The notes: generated by a model from the letters alone, not told the origin. Shown: positions 1 through 8,715, counted from the first letter of the stretch. The stretch: 64,000 nt of DNA from Calditrichaceae bacterium (GCA_050173015.1 JBFXLE010000001.1:160001-224000); one strand, 5' to 3'. Made by a program: numbers and translations.

Positions 1-36
1 CCTTTTGTTGCAAGAGTGATAAATTAATTTCTGGTT

Positions 37-480
37 TTAGAAGGGAAGATCATCCGATTCATGTCCATCGTCCGCGGACGGTTTCTCTGAAACCTTGCTG
101 TCATCCGAAGCAGGTTCATCCTGATATGTGGATTCACTATCACCTTTTGAGCCCAGAAGCTGCAGGTTAAGGGCAATAATCTCGGTTTTGTACTTTTTTT
201 GGCCTTGCTGGTCTTCCCAACTGCTTGTTTGCAGGCGCCCTTCCAGATAAACTAATTTACCCTTTTTTAAATACTCACCGACAAATTCAGCCGTTTTCCC
301 AAAAGTAACGATGTTGTGCCATTCGGTTTTATCCGTCCATGAACCTTCGGCATCCTTTTGGCCGTGATTTGTGGCAACAGAAAAGCTCGCGATTGCAGTT
401 CCGCCGGGCGAATACCGCATATCAGGGTCTTGGCCAAGGCGACCGATGATAATCGCTTTGTTCACAGTTCCTCGTGACAT
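37..480 (-). CDS. ssb: Single-stranded DNA-binding protein
   Basis: VNKAIIIGRLGQDP OB-fold start, TEWHNIV, acidic C-terminal tail DDLPF; GGAGG RBS. Confidence 0.97.
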   Translation of the reverse strand: MSRGTVNKAIIIGRLGQDPDMRYSPGGTAIASFSVATNHGQKDAEGSWTDKTEWHNIVTFGKTAEFVGEYLKKGKLVYLEGRLQTSSWEDQQGQKKYKTEIIALNLQLLGSKGDSESTYQDEPASDDSKVSEKPSADDGHESDDLPF

Positions 481-524
481 GAGTCCTCCAATGTTGGTTT
501 AAATTTGATAGATAGGTTATTTAG

Positions 525-567
525 AAAAATAGCCTCAGAACAGAATAAGACAAGTTCAGAGGCTATT
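525..567 (-). terminator. Intrinsic terminator-like hairpin downstream of the peptide array
   Basis: Minus strand AATAGCCTC-TGAAC...GTTC-TGAGGCTATT followed by TTT; lies between the last peptide gene and ssb. Confidence 0.65.
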
Positions 568-632
568 AAAGTTAAAAAAATTATCAAAAAATACAAGTTA
601 AAATATTTTAATTGACATTTACTTTCCGATCC

Positions 633-788
633 TTAAGGTTTCGGGCGCGGAGGCGGAGGTAAAGGAACAATAGTGGCGAATTCAGCGCCGGATCTTGGGC
701 TTGCATCCGTAGTTGCCGTACTCAGTATGGTCATAAAAATGGCCGCTGCGAAAACGAAGGTTACTATTATTGCTGCAATCTTTTTCAT
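633..788 (-). CDS. 51-aa signal-peptide-bearing, C-terminally proline-rich peptide, copy 1
   Basis: AGGAG-N7-ATG; MKK + hydrophobic core, ends VPLPPPPRPKP-stop; differs from copy 2 only by synonymous changes. Confidence 0.85.
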   Translation of the reverse strand: MKKIAAIIVTFVFAAAIFMTILSTATTDASPRSGAEFATIVPLPPPPRPKP

Positions 789-840
789 GTGATAACTCCT
801 TAAGACAGTGTTGTTGTAATTCATTCAATAAACCGTTTGA

Positions 841-996
841 TTATGGTTTTGGGCGCGGAGGCGGAGGTAAAGGAACAATAGTGGCAAATTCAGCGCCGGA
901 TCTTGGGCTTGCATCCGTAGTTGCTGTACTCAGTATGGTCATAAAAATGGCCGCTGCGAAAACAAAGGTTACTATAATTGCTGCAATCTTTTTCAT
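841..996 (-). CDS. 51-aa proline-rich peptide, copy 2 (protein identical to copy 1)
   Basis: Same AGGAG RBS; 6 nucleotide differences from copy 1, all at third codon positions. Confidence 0.85.
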   Translation of the reverse strand: MKKIAAIIVTFVFAAAIFMTILSTATTDASPRSGAEFATIVPLPPPPRPKP

Positions 997-1048
997 GTGA
1001 TAACTCCTTAATACAGTGTTGTTGTAATTCATTCAATGAACCGTTTGA

Positions 1049-1204
1049 TTATGGTTTTGGGCGCGGAGGCGGAGGTAAAGGAACAATAGTGGCGAATTCA
1101 GCGCCGGATTTTGGGCTTCCGTTTGTTGATGCTACGTCCACAACCGTGAAAACGATTGCTGCCGCAAATACCAATGCGACAATGAGGGAGGCCAACTTTT
1201 TCAT
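1049..1204 (-). CDS. 51-aa proline-rich peptide, copy 3 (diverged N-terminus)
   Basis: AGGAG RBS; MKKLASLIVALVFAAAIVFTVVDVASTNG-SPKSGAEFATIVPLPPPPRPKP. Confidence 0.85.
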   Translation of the reverse strand: MKKLASLIVALVFAAAIVFTVVDVASTNGSPKSGAEFATIVPLPPPPRPKP

Positions 1205-1300
1205 GTGATAACTCCTTTGTTGGGGGTGTGATTTGTATTTATGAAAAGAAAAGTAATTCCGTGAATAGGGGGCTGATAAACAGAAATAGTATGTCATGGA

Positions 1301-1660
1301 TCAGATCTTTCTTACAGCAATTTTGTAATTAAAAGATCCATCTAAAAATTGGGGGCTTCCGTGCGGGTAACAGGTTTAATTGAATAAATTAACTGTTATT
1401 TGAATCATCTCTGAATATTATCAGATCTTCCATACAGCAGTTCTGTAATTTAAAGATCCATCTAAAAATTGGGGGCTTCCGTGCGGGTAACAGGTTTAAT
1501 TGAATAAATTACCTGTTATTAGAATCGTCTCTGATTATTATCAGATCTTCCATACAGCAGTTCTGTAATTTAAAGATCCATCTAAAATTTTAAGGCTTCC
1601 GTGCGGTGAACAGGTTTAATTGAATAATTTACCTGTTAATTGAATCGTCGCTGATTATTA
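1301..1660. repeat. Three tandem 120-bp non-coding repeats, each with two inverted repeats
   Basis: Units 1301-1420, 1421-1540 and 1541-1660 align directly; each has GATCTT..AAGATC and AACAGGT-N15-ACCTGTT dyads (one mismatch in the first unit). Confidence 0.95.
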
Positions 1661-1847
1661 AATGAGTAGGACTAACCGGGATAATACTGCAAATCCAGGT
1701 TCTGTTGTCATGAAATTCAATGATACTGTATCTTTCAGGAAATTGGTTCTGAAGAATTTGGCGGATATCTGAGACGCATGAAAATGTCTGAACGATCAGA
1801 AAAAAAAGTGATATGGCAAATATAATAGGTTTTAGCAGTTCCCGCAT
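1629..1847 (-). CDS. Small hypothetical exported or lipoprotein-like protein (72 aa)
   Basis: GGAG RBS 6 nt before ATG; hydrophobic N-terminus ending TFSC; 3' end runs into the 120-bp repeat. Confidence 0.5.
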   Translation of the reverse strand: MRELLKPIIFAISLFFLIVQTFSCVSDIRQILQNQFPERYSIIEFHDNRTWICSIIPVSPTHLIISDDSINR

Positions 1848-1963
1848 CCCTGTCTCCAGTTGCTTAACGAGAACCTTCCGTGGTTGGATTTGACTTCCCT
1901 GGTGAGCTCAATATGAGCAGTAAAAGTCGAACAGTACGTGAGTCGACATAAATGATTTATAAG

Positions 1964-1991
1964 AATATAATTAATACATGTGAAAATGCAA
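1964..1991 (-). promoter_or_regulatory. Putative sigma70 promoter for the peptide unit
   Basis: Minus strand TTGCAT-N16-TATATT in an AT-rich intergenic region. Confidence 0.45.
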
Positions 1992-2130
1992 TAATTAATA
2001 TCTATATTATTGACATTTTAGTCACTTCCCATAAGCGCATTTAATTTAATTTTTTTATACCGCGGTTAAAACTTTGTTATAAAATTAATATTTTGCTAAA
2101 TTTAAGTCTTTGATCGGATACTACAGGAAA

Positions 2131-2631
2131 ATGGATCTATCTGTGAAAAATAATGAGAATATCTTGGCACAAAGGATTTTAATCACAGGTTTTACGCTGT
2201 TGTCGGTCTGGATGCTCATGTTATCTTTTGCCCCGATGTTAATGAACAGCGGTTCTTATGCGGCGCAGTACGCGGCGACCATCGTATATTTTATGACGGA
2301 TCCTGTTTGTCATCAGCTGCCGGAACGAAGTCTGTTTATTTCAGGAATACCCATGCCCGTGTGCGCGCGTTGCTATTTTATATATCTGGGTGGGTGGACG
2401 ACATTCCTGATCCCTGTTTTTAGCGGGAAAATCAATTTTTGGCGTTACAGAGTATATTTGATCATGGGGATAATTATTTTAGCGGAATTTGTATCTGAAA
2501 AAACCGGTCTTTACCAAAATTTGGCCGGGATACGGATGATCGCGGGATTCTTATTGGGAATACTGATATTCAGATTAATTATTGAAGCATTAAATTTGAA
2601 TGAACAAAGAGGGACAGAGGAAAATGGATAA
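2131..2631 (+). CDS. DUF2085-type membrane protein
   Basis: VCHQLPERSL...PVCARC motif with several TM segments; start approximate. Confidence 0.8.
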   Translation: MDLSVKNNENILAQRILITGFTLLSVWMLMLSFAPMLMNSGSYAAQYAATIVYFMTDPVCHQLPERSLFISGIPMPVCARCYFIYLGGWTTFLIPVFSGKINFWRYRVYLIMGIIILAEFVSEKTGLYQNLAGIRMIAGFLLGILIFRLIIEALNLNEQRGTEENG

Positions 2632-3118
2632 CAGGATTCTATACCAGGGAGCGGTGCTTGGCGGTACCGTGGCGGCTCTGACCGACGCTTTGCCGCTGCT
2701 AAATATTATTAATTGTCTTTGTTGTTTGGGAATTATATCAGGCGGGGTGGTGGCAGTCCTTTTTTACCGTAAAACGGCAGAACCCGAATACAGGGATCTC
2801 AATACGCCTTCCACGGTGCAGCTTGGGTTGATGGCCGGTCTGTTCGGCGCATTTATCTCCTTTGGACTGCAATATATCGTGTTTAAAATAATGGGAAACT
2901 GGCAGATAGAATTGCTGACAAATATGTTTGAAAATTTGGATGAAGTACCGGCTTTATGGGAAAATCTATATGAAGAAATTCAGAAGGAAGAATACCAGGG
3001 TTTTGCGGGAATGGCCATACTCATCCGCTCACTGATTATATTTCCTGTATTTTCTCTGATAGGCGCACTGATTACAAAGCGTTTTATGGGAAGAAAACAG
3101 GAGTCATCGGGTAGTTAA
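2624..3118 (+). CDS. Hypothetical membrane protein with a CLCC motif
   Basis: About 4 hydrophobic segments; overlaps the upstream stop (coupled); GAGG RBS. Confidence 0.75.
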   Translation: MDNRILYQGAVLGGTVAALTDALPLLNIINCLCCLGIISGGVVAVLFYRKTAEPEYRDLNTPSTVQLGLMAGLFGAFISFGLQYIVFKIMGNWQIELLTNMFENLDEVPALWENLYEEIQKEEYQGFAGMAILIRSLIIFPVFSLIGALITKRFMGRKQESSGS

Positions 3119-3126
3119 GAAAGTTT

Positions 3127-4203
3127 CTATTTTTCTGTCGCGACCTCTTCCAGGCGTTCAGAATGATAGGCAAGCCTTAATCCTTCAATCAACTCGTAGA
3201 TCTCACCTTCCATTACCCGGTCCAGCTTGTATAAAGTTAAACCGATGCGGTGGTCAGTAACGCGACCCTGAGGAAAATTGTAGGTTCTGATTTTAGCGCT
3301 TCTGTCACCTGAGCCTACCATGGATTTTCTTTGCGCGGCAATGGTACTGTTATGTTCGGAGATTGCTTGATCCAGTAAGCGGCTGCGAAGCACTTTAAGA
3401 GCTTTTGTTTTGTTTTTTAACTGAGATTTCTCGTCCTGGCAGGAAACCACAATTCCCGTAGGAACATGGGTGATGCGTACGGCGGAATCGGTAGTGTTGA
3501 CACTTTGTCCGCCCGGCCCGCTTGATCTGAAAACATCAATTCTCAGTTCATTGGGGTCAATTTCAATGTCAACTTCCTCCGCCTCGGGCAAAACAACAAC
3601 CGAAACAGCGGATGTATGAACCCGGCCCTGGGTTTCTGTGTCCGGAACACGTTGCACCCGATGCACACCGCTTTCAAACTTGAGTGTCCCATAGGTGCTG
3701 TCTCCCTCAATCGAGAAAATGATTTCCTTAAATCCGCCTCTTTCTGAAGGATTGGAATTCATAATTTCAATTTTCAGTCCATTGGCTTCACAAAATTTAC
3801 TATACATTCGGTAAAGATCGCCGGCAAATATAGCGGCTTCATCGCCACCGGTGCCGGCCCTGATTTCCATAATGGCATTTTTGTGGTCATCAGGATCCTT
3901 TGGAATAAGAAGCATTTTTAATTTTTCTTCGAATTGCTCAATTTGTTCAGACAAATCTTCGAGCTCCGCCTCCGCGAGCTCAATGAGTTCCGGGTCGCTT
4001 TCGCCGGAAATAATACTCTGATTGCCTTCATAATTGTTGAGAACAATTAAGTATGGATCACCGACATCCAGAATTTTTGTAAGTTCCCGATGTTCTCTGG
4101 CGAGCTCTTTGTACCGCGTTTGATCATTATGGATATCAGGATCAGAAAGCTGAATATTCAGCTTTTCGAATCTTTCTTTTATTTTAAGAATTTTATCTTT
4201 CAT
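3127..4203 (-). CDS. prfA: Peptide chain release factor 1
   Basis: GGQ motif (SGPGGQSVN), RVQRVPDTE with the PxT tripeptide of RF1. Confidence 0.97.
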   Translation of the reverse strand: MKDKILKIKERFEKLNIQLSDPDIHNDQTRYKELAREHRELTKILDVGDPYLIVLNNYEGNQSIISGESDPELIELAEAELEDLSEQIEQFEEKLKMLLIPKDPDDHKNAIMEIRAGTGGDEAAIFAGDLYRMYSKFCEANGLKIEIMNSNPSERGGFKEIIFSIEGDSTYGTLKFESGVHRVQRVPDTETQGRVHTSAVSVVVLPEAEEVDIEIDPNELRIDVFRSSGPGGQSVNTTDSAVRITHVPTGIVVSCQDEKSQLKNKTKALKVLRSRLLDQAISEHNSTIAAQRKSMVGSGDRSAKIRTYNFPQGRVTDHRIGLTLYKLDRVMEGEIYELIEGLRLAYHSERLEEVATEK

Positions 4204-4213
4204 GTTGTTACCC

Positions 4214-5224
4214 TTAAAGAGAAGCCGCGATAACTGTTGAACGGATCACAGGATCATTCACCAGGTCACTCTTATAGTCATCCCCGAGCGCGGCCTGCAA
4301 TGCGGCTATGGCTACTTCAAGCTGCTCGTCATCCGGTGGACTGGTTGTGATGCGCTGTAAGCCCAATACCGGAGCGATAAGCGCCTGTACAACAGGATGA
4401 TTTGTATTGTTGGCAGAAGCCTTTAACGCTTCGTAACTCAATCCCCCTACAAAAGGGATCAGGGGCAGATGGGTCAGTATTCTGATCAAAAAATTTATAT
4501 CCCCGTACCACATCATGACCATCGTATCTACAAAAGCAAAAAACAACAGGCTGACAAGCATGACGATGACCAGAAAACTGGTCCCGCAGCGGGGGTGAAA
4601 TGTGGTGTATTTTTGAGCGTTTTCAGGAGAAAGAGTGACTTTGTCCTCAAAGGCAAAAATGGTTTTGTGCTCCGCGCCGTGGTACTGGAATAGTCTTTTT
4701 ATATCCGGCATAAACGAAATGCCCCAGACATATAAAAGAAAAAACAAAATTCTTATCGCACCGGCGGTAAAATTGAAGGTGATGGCCTGTTTCTCGATAT
4801 TGAAGACCACTGTAGTAATATAGAGCGGAAGAACAAAAAAGACGGCCGTTCCAATGAGCAGGGCGATAGAAACCGAAAAAATAGCGCTTAAAGTAGACAT
4901 CCCTTTTTTACCGTTTTTCTTCGTCTTTTTACCTTCTTTTTCTTCTCTCTCATTTATATCTTCCATGGCCTTGTCCGCGGACCATTGAAGTGTTTTGATT
5001 CCCAGAATCATCACCTCAATGAGCATAATCGCGCCCCGGATAATCGGAATATTAAGAATTTTTTTACGCTGCACCAATGACTGATATTCATTGACAAGAA
5101 TTTCAATATTGCCGTTTGCTCTGCGAATCGCTGTGGCGATGCGTTTTGGTGACCGCATCATGACACCTTCAATGACTGCCTGACCACCGACGGGCATTAT
5201 TTTTTCTTCTGACGCCTGATTCAT
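4214..5224 (-). CDS. DUF1385 (YqhQ-like) membrane protein
   Basis: [19 protein letters not shown] and HPRCGTSF motifs; usual rpmE-prfA context. Confidence 0.9.
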   Translation of the reverse strand: MNQASEEKIMPVGGQAVIEGVMMRSPKRIATAIRRANGNIEILVNEYQSLVQRKKILNIPIIRGAIMLIEVMILGIKTLQWSADKAMEDINEREEKEGKKTKKNGKKGMSTLSAIFSVSIALLIGTAVFFVLPLYITTVVFNIEKQAITFNFTAGAIRILFFLLYVWGISFMPDIKRLFQYHGAEHKTIFAFEDKVTLSPENAQKYTTFHPRCGTSFLVIVMLVSLLFFAFVDTMVMMWYGDINFLIRILTHLPLIPFVGGLSYEALKASANNTNHPVVQALIAPVLGLQRITTSPPDDEQLEVAIAALQAALGDDYKSDLVNDPVIRSTVIAASL

Positions 5225-5250
5225 AAAAATTACACCTTGAAAATTAAACC

Positions 5251-5294
5251 AAAAAAAAACGGAATGATATGGAACTCCATTGCATCCCGTTTTT
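5251..5294 (-). terminator. Intrinsic terminator after rpmE
   Basis: Minus strand ACGGGATG...CATTCCGT followed by a T9 run. Confidence 0.7.
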
Positions 5295-5326
5295 AAATTT
5301 CATATACAACCCTTTGCAGGGGACGA

Positions 5327-5530
5327 TTATTTGCGATTGTATTTCTTCATAAATTTTTCAACACGACCTGCAGAGTCAACCAGCTTTTGTTTGCCGGTAT
5401 AAAACGGATGACAATTTGAACAAATTTCCACTTTCAAATCGCCAACGACTGAGCGTGTTTCAAATGTGTTTCCACAAGCGCAACTCACCGTACCTACTTT
5501 ATAATCCGGATGGATATCTTTTTTCATCAT
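5327..5530 (-). CDS. rpmE: 50S ribosomal protein L31, zinc-binding type
   Basis: [26 protein letters not shown]. Confidence 0.97.
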   Translation of the reverse strand: MMKKDIHPDYKVGTVSCACGNTFETRSVVGDLKVEICSNCHPFYTGKQKLVDSAGRVEKFMKKYNRK

Positions 5531-5604
5531 ACACCTCCTAGAGCCCTTGAAATTGAATCTCGTAATATAATATGATTTTTTTGGAATTTCAAGCTCTATT
5601 CATA

Positions 5605-6855
5605 TCAGGAACTCATAGAACGTAAAAATTCTTTATTGTTTTTTGTGTCACGCATCTTGTCAAGCAGGAATTCCATGCCTTCGATGATATTCATTTCATT
5701 GAGAAGTTTTCTCAATATCCAGATACGCGCCAGCTCTTCACGGCTGAGAAGGAGTTCTTCTTTTCTGGTACCCGATTTATTAATATCAATTGATGGGAAG
5801 AATCTTCTATCAGACAGACGGCGGTCGAGAACCAATTCCATATTGCCTGTTCCTTTGAATTCTTCAAAGATAACCTCATCCATTCTGGAGCCGGTGTCGA
5901 TCAAAGCGGTGGCAATGATAGTAAGGCTGCCGCCTTCTTCGACATTACGGGCAGATCCGAAGAAACGTTTTGGTTTTTGTAGCGCATTGGAATCAACACC
6001 ACCGGAGAGAATCTTGCCGCTATGCGGGACAACCGTATTATGAGCGCGGGCCAGACGGGTTATACTGTCTAACAGAATCACAACGTCTTTTTTGTATTCT
6101 ACAAGACGCTTGGCCTTCTCAAGCACCATATCCGCAACCTGAACGTGGCGCTCCGCGGGCTCGTCAAAGGTAGAACTAACAACTTCTGCGTTTACTGATC
6201 TTTCCATGTCGGTAACTTCTTCAGGACGCTCATCGATGAGCAGTACCATTAATTCGACTTCCGGCTGATTTTTAGTAATGGCGTTGGCGATTTTCTGCAG
6301 AAGAATAGTTTTACCGGTTCTCGGCTGGGCGACAATCAGTCCGCGCTGACCTTTGCCGATGGGGGTTAATAAATTCATTATTCGTGTGGAGTAGTCACTG
6401 CGGTCGGTCTCGAGTTCGATTCGCTGCAGAGGATAGAGCGGTGTAAGTGTGTCGAAAAGGTTGCGTGATCTGGCTTTATCCGGGCTTTCAAAATTAACGG
6501 CCTCCACGCGCAATAGCGCGAAGAAACGTTCATTATCCTTGGGGGGGCGAATCTGTCCGCTTACGGTATCTCCGGTTCTTAGCCCAAACCGTTTGATCTG
6601 AGATGGAGATATATAGATATCGTCGGGACCGGGGAGATAACTATAATTTTGTGAACGAAGGAATCCGTAGCCGTCCGGCAAAATTTCCAGCACACCCTTC
6701 GAAAAAATTAATCCTTCCTGAGCTGTCTGCTCTTCTAAAATGCGAAATATCAATTCCGCTTTTTTTAGACCGGAGAATCCGGTTATATTCATATCTTGAG
6801 CAATCTTTGTCAGCTCAGTGATTTTTTTGTCTTTTAATTCTTCAATGTCTAACAT
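5605..6855 (-). CDS. rho: Transcription termination factor Rho
   Basis: [45 protein letters not shown]. Confidence 0.98.
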   Translation of the reverse strand: MLDIEELKDKKITELTKIAQDMNITGFSGLKKAELIFRILEEQTAQEGLIFSKGVLEILPDGYGFLRSQNYSYLPGPDDIYISPSQIKRFGLRTGDTVSGQIRPPKDNERFFALLRVEAVNFESPDKARSRNLFDTLTPLYPLQRIELETDRSDYSTRIMNLLTPIGKGQRGLIVAQPRTGKTILLQKIANAITKNQPEVELMVLLIDERPEEVTDMERSVNAEVVSSTFDEPAERHVQVADMVLEKAKRLVEYKKDVVILLDSITRLARAHNTVVPHSGKILSGGVDSNALQKPKRFFGSARNVEEGGSLTIIATALIDTGSRMDEVIFEEFKGTGNMELVLDRRLSDRRFFPSIDINKSGTRKEELLLSREELARIWILRKLLNEMNIIEGMEFLLDKMRDTKNNKEFLRSMSS

Positions 6856-6999
6856 CAGGTGAACCTTTCAATTTTGATAAAAATAAATTGATTTCTGATT
6901 TCAATTCCAGTCTAATCTGATACTTTCTATGTACGGGAAAGAGTTATTAAATCAAGGTTTTAAAATAGAAATGATCCTAAATTTAGTTTCTGTTTGAAA

Positions 7000-8289
7000 T
7001 TAAGTCAAATTGAATTTATTTAAATATGGTCCTATTAAATAATGACTTCCGGCAACAAGCAGAACATCATCTTCATTTTGCTGTTTTTTTGAGAATTCGA
7101 ACGCTTTGTGCAAATCTTTAATAAAATGTGTATTTTGATTGTTTTGTGTGAATAAATTGTGCAAAACATCGCCATCCATTTTTCTCTCTGTATCCGGTTC
7201 CGTGATGACAATTAACCGCGCTTTTCCGGAAAGGTACTTTACGATATCCTCAAATTGTTTATCCCGGACCAGACCGAGCAAAAGAATAAATTTTTCAGGA
7301 GCAACCAAAGTCAGCATAAAATCAACTGTTCTTCTGATACCGTCCCTGTTATGGCTTACGTCAAAAATGATGCGCGGTTGCTTTTGCATAACCTGCAATC
7401 TACCTTCCCATGTGGCTGACGTCAAAGTATCCCTGAATTTTTTTTCTGAAAATTTAATGTTCTTTGAACTGAGAAAATGTCGGCAAACAAGGTAAGCCAG
7501 TGCGATATTGTTTAATTGAAAATTTCCAACCTGCCGGGTATATAAATTCCCGATCGTCTCCTGATTAAGTTTATCTTTCAAATCAAAATTTGTTCCGTCC
7601 AGCGAAATATCATTGATCTCGCAGGTCACCCAGTCTCTCAGAGCATAAAGCTTGTTCGATGACTTTAGTCTTTCTTCTATATAATGAAATGTTTCTTCAT
7701 GTTGTTCCGCGGAAAATACAAATGCTCCATCTTTTATAATTCCGGTTTTTTCAAAAACGATCTCTTTTAACGTATAACCCAATTGAATCTCATGATCAAA
7801 ATCGATAGGAGTGAGAACAGCAGTTTCCGAATTGACAATATTTGTTGAATCAAGCCGGCCGCCAAGTCCGGTTTCGATAACGGCGACGTCAATTTGATTG
7901 ACCCTGAAATACTCAAACGCGAGAGCGGTAGTAGTGTCAAAGAAAGTCGCCTGTCTTTGCAACACAAGTTCCTTAGTTTTATCCCAAAAATCAATAATAA
8001 ATTTTTTATCGATTTTAATTCCGTTGACCCTGATTCTTTCTCTGAAATCCACTAAATGCGGGCTGGTGAACAAACCAACTTTTAAGCCCATCGCCTGTAA
8101 GAAAGATGCCGTAAAATAGGATGTTGATCCCTTTCCGTTCGTTCCGGCAACGTGAATTACCGGATAGCCAAGGTGCGGATTGGATAAAAATTCGCAAAGG
8201 GCTTTTATATTTGCCAATCCTAATTTGATCGCGAATTTTTGCAGATCATATAATTCTTTAATTGTAGTTGAATAAGGTGTTTTGTTCAC
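7000..8289 (-). CDS. folC: Folylpolyglutamate synthase / dihydrofolate synthase
   Basis: IHVAGTNGKGS, FTSPHL, ETGLGGRLDSTN. Confidence 0.95.
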   Translation of the reverse strand: MNKTPYSTTIKELYDLQKFAIKLGLANIKALCEFLSNPHLGYPVIHVAGTNGKGSTSYFTASFLQAMGLKVGLFTSPHLVDFRERIRVNGIKIDKKFIIDFWDKTKELVLQRQATFFDTTTALAFEYFRVNQIDVAVIETGLGGRLDSTNIVNSETAVLTPIDFDHEIQLGYTLKEIVFEKTGIIKDGAFVFSAEQHEETFHYIEERLKSSNKLYALRDWVTCEINDISLDGTNFDLKDKLNQETIGNLYTRQVGNFQLNNIALAYLVCRHFLSSKNIKFSEKKFRDTLTSATWEGRLQVMQKQPRIIFDVSHNRDGIRRTVDFMLTLVAPEKFILLLGLVRDKQFEDIVKYLSGKARLIVITEPDTERKMDGDVLHNLFTQNNQNTHFIKDLHKAFEFSKKQQNEDDVLLVAGSHYLIGPYLNKFNLT

Positions 8290-8292
8290 AGA

Positions 8293-8715
8293 CTAAATGA
8301 TTTTCCCAAGAATATATCCAATAACTATTCCAAATAACAGAACCACCGTCAGTATGCGGTAATTTACAACTTCGGATGTGTATCCCCGTTTAATGGCGAT
8401 GATAGATGCAAAATAACCAAGCGCATTGATCAGCCAGAACAACGGAAGCGCAAGGATTTTGGCAACTATAGGGCCGAAGATTGGGATAAGTCCGATGATG
8501 TTTAAAAGGCCGACAAATGCCTGCGAAATGATTCCAAAAATTACAACAGCGCTTCCAATTACCGTCTTATCTACATTATAATGAATGGAAACTACTACAA
8601 ACGTAACAATTATTATCCATGTTACGATGGTTTTCCAGAACGCTTTGAAGAAGAGTTTGAAAGTAATGGTATAATGCTTGATCTGCTTTAGGTTTTTTTT
8701 AGATTTCTTCAACAT
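8293..8715 (-). CDS. Hypothetical membrane protein
   Basis: About 4 TM helices; coupled to uppS and folC. Confidence 0.75.
   Translation of the reverse strand: MLKKSKKNLKQIKHYTITFKLFFKAFWKTIVTWIIIVTFVVVSIHYNVDKTVIGSAVVIFGIISQAFVGLLNIIGLIPIFGPIVAKILALPLFWLINALGYFASIIAIKRGYTSEVVNYRILTVVLLFGIVIGYILGKII

Larger units (their letters stand above)
633..1217. repeat. 208-bp-period tandem repeat (2 full units + 1 partial) carrying the peptide genes
   Basis: Stop codons at 633, 841 and 1049 are exactly 208 bp apart; the intergenic spacers are nearly identical. Confidence 0.95.

Noticed and set aside
538-557. LexA box upstream of ssb (GAAC...GTTC)
   Set aside because: The 12-nt spacing does not fit the GAAC-N4-GTTC box; better explained as part of the terminator stem.
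633-680. VPLPA-CTERM/PEP-CTERM sorting signal
   Set aside because: VPLPP is not followed by a TM helix and basic tail; the hydrophobic segment is N-terminal.
770-1208. Plus-strand ORFs 770-1000 and 978-1208 (GFGRGGGGKG)
   Set aside because: Antisense shadows of the peptide genes; substitutions are synonymous and RBSs are present only for the minus-strand frame.
789-1297. Longer starts given in the ORF track for the peptides (824, 1032, 1297)
   Set aside because: The AGGAG RBS sits 7 nt before the MKK ATG in all three copies, and copy 3 homology stops at the RBS.
1507-1553. Tiny ORF MEDLIIIRDDSNNR across the 120-bp repeat junctions; also a guanidine-II-like ACGA loop
   Set aside because: No RBS for the ORF; the ACGA stem is weak and not preserved in all copies.
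1301-1660. CRISPR array
   Set aside because: The whole 120-bp unit repeats; there are no unique spacers and no cas genes.
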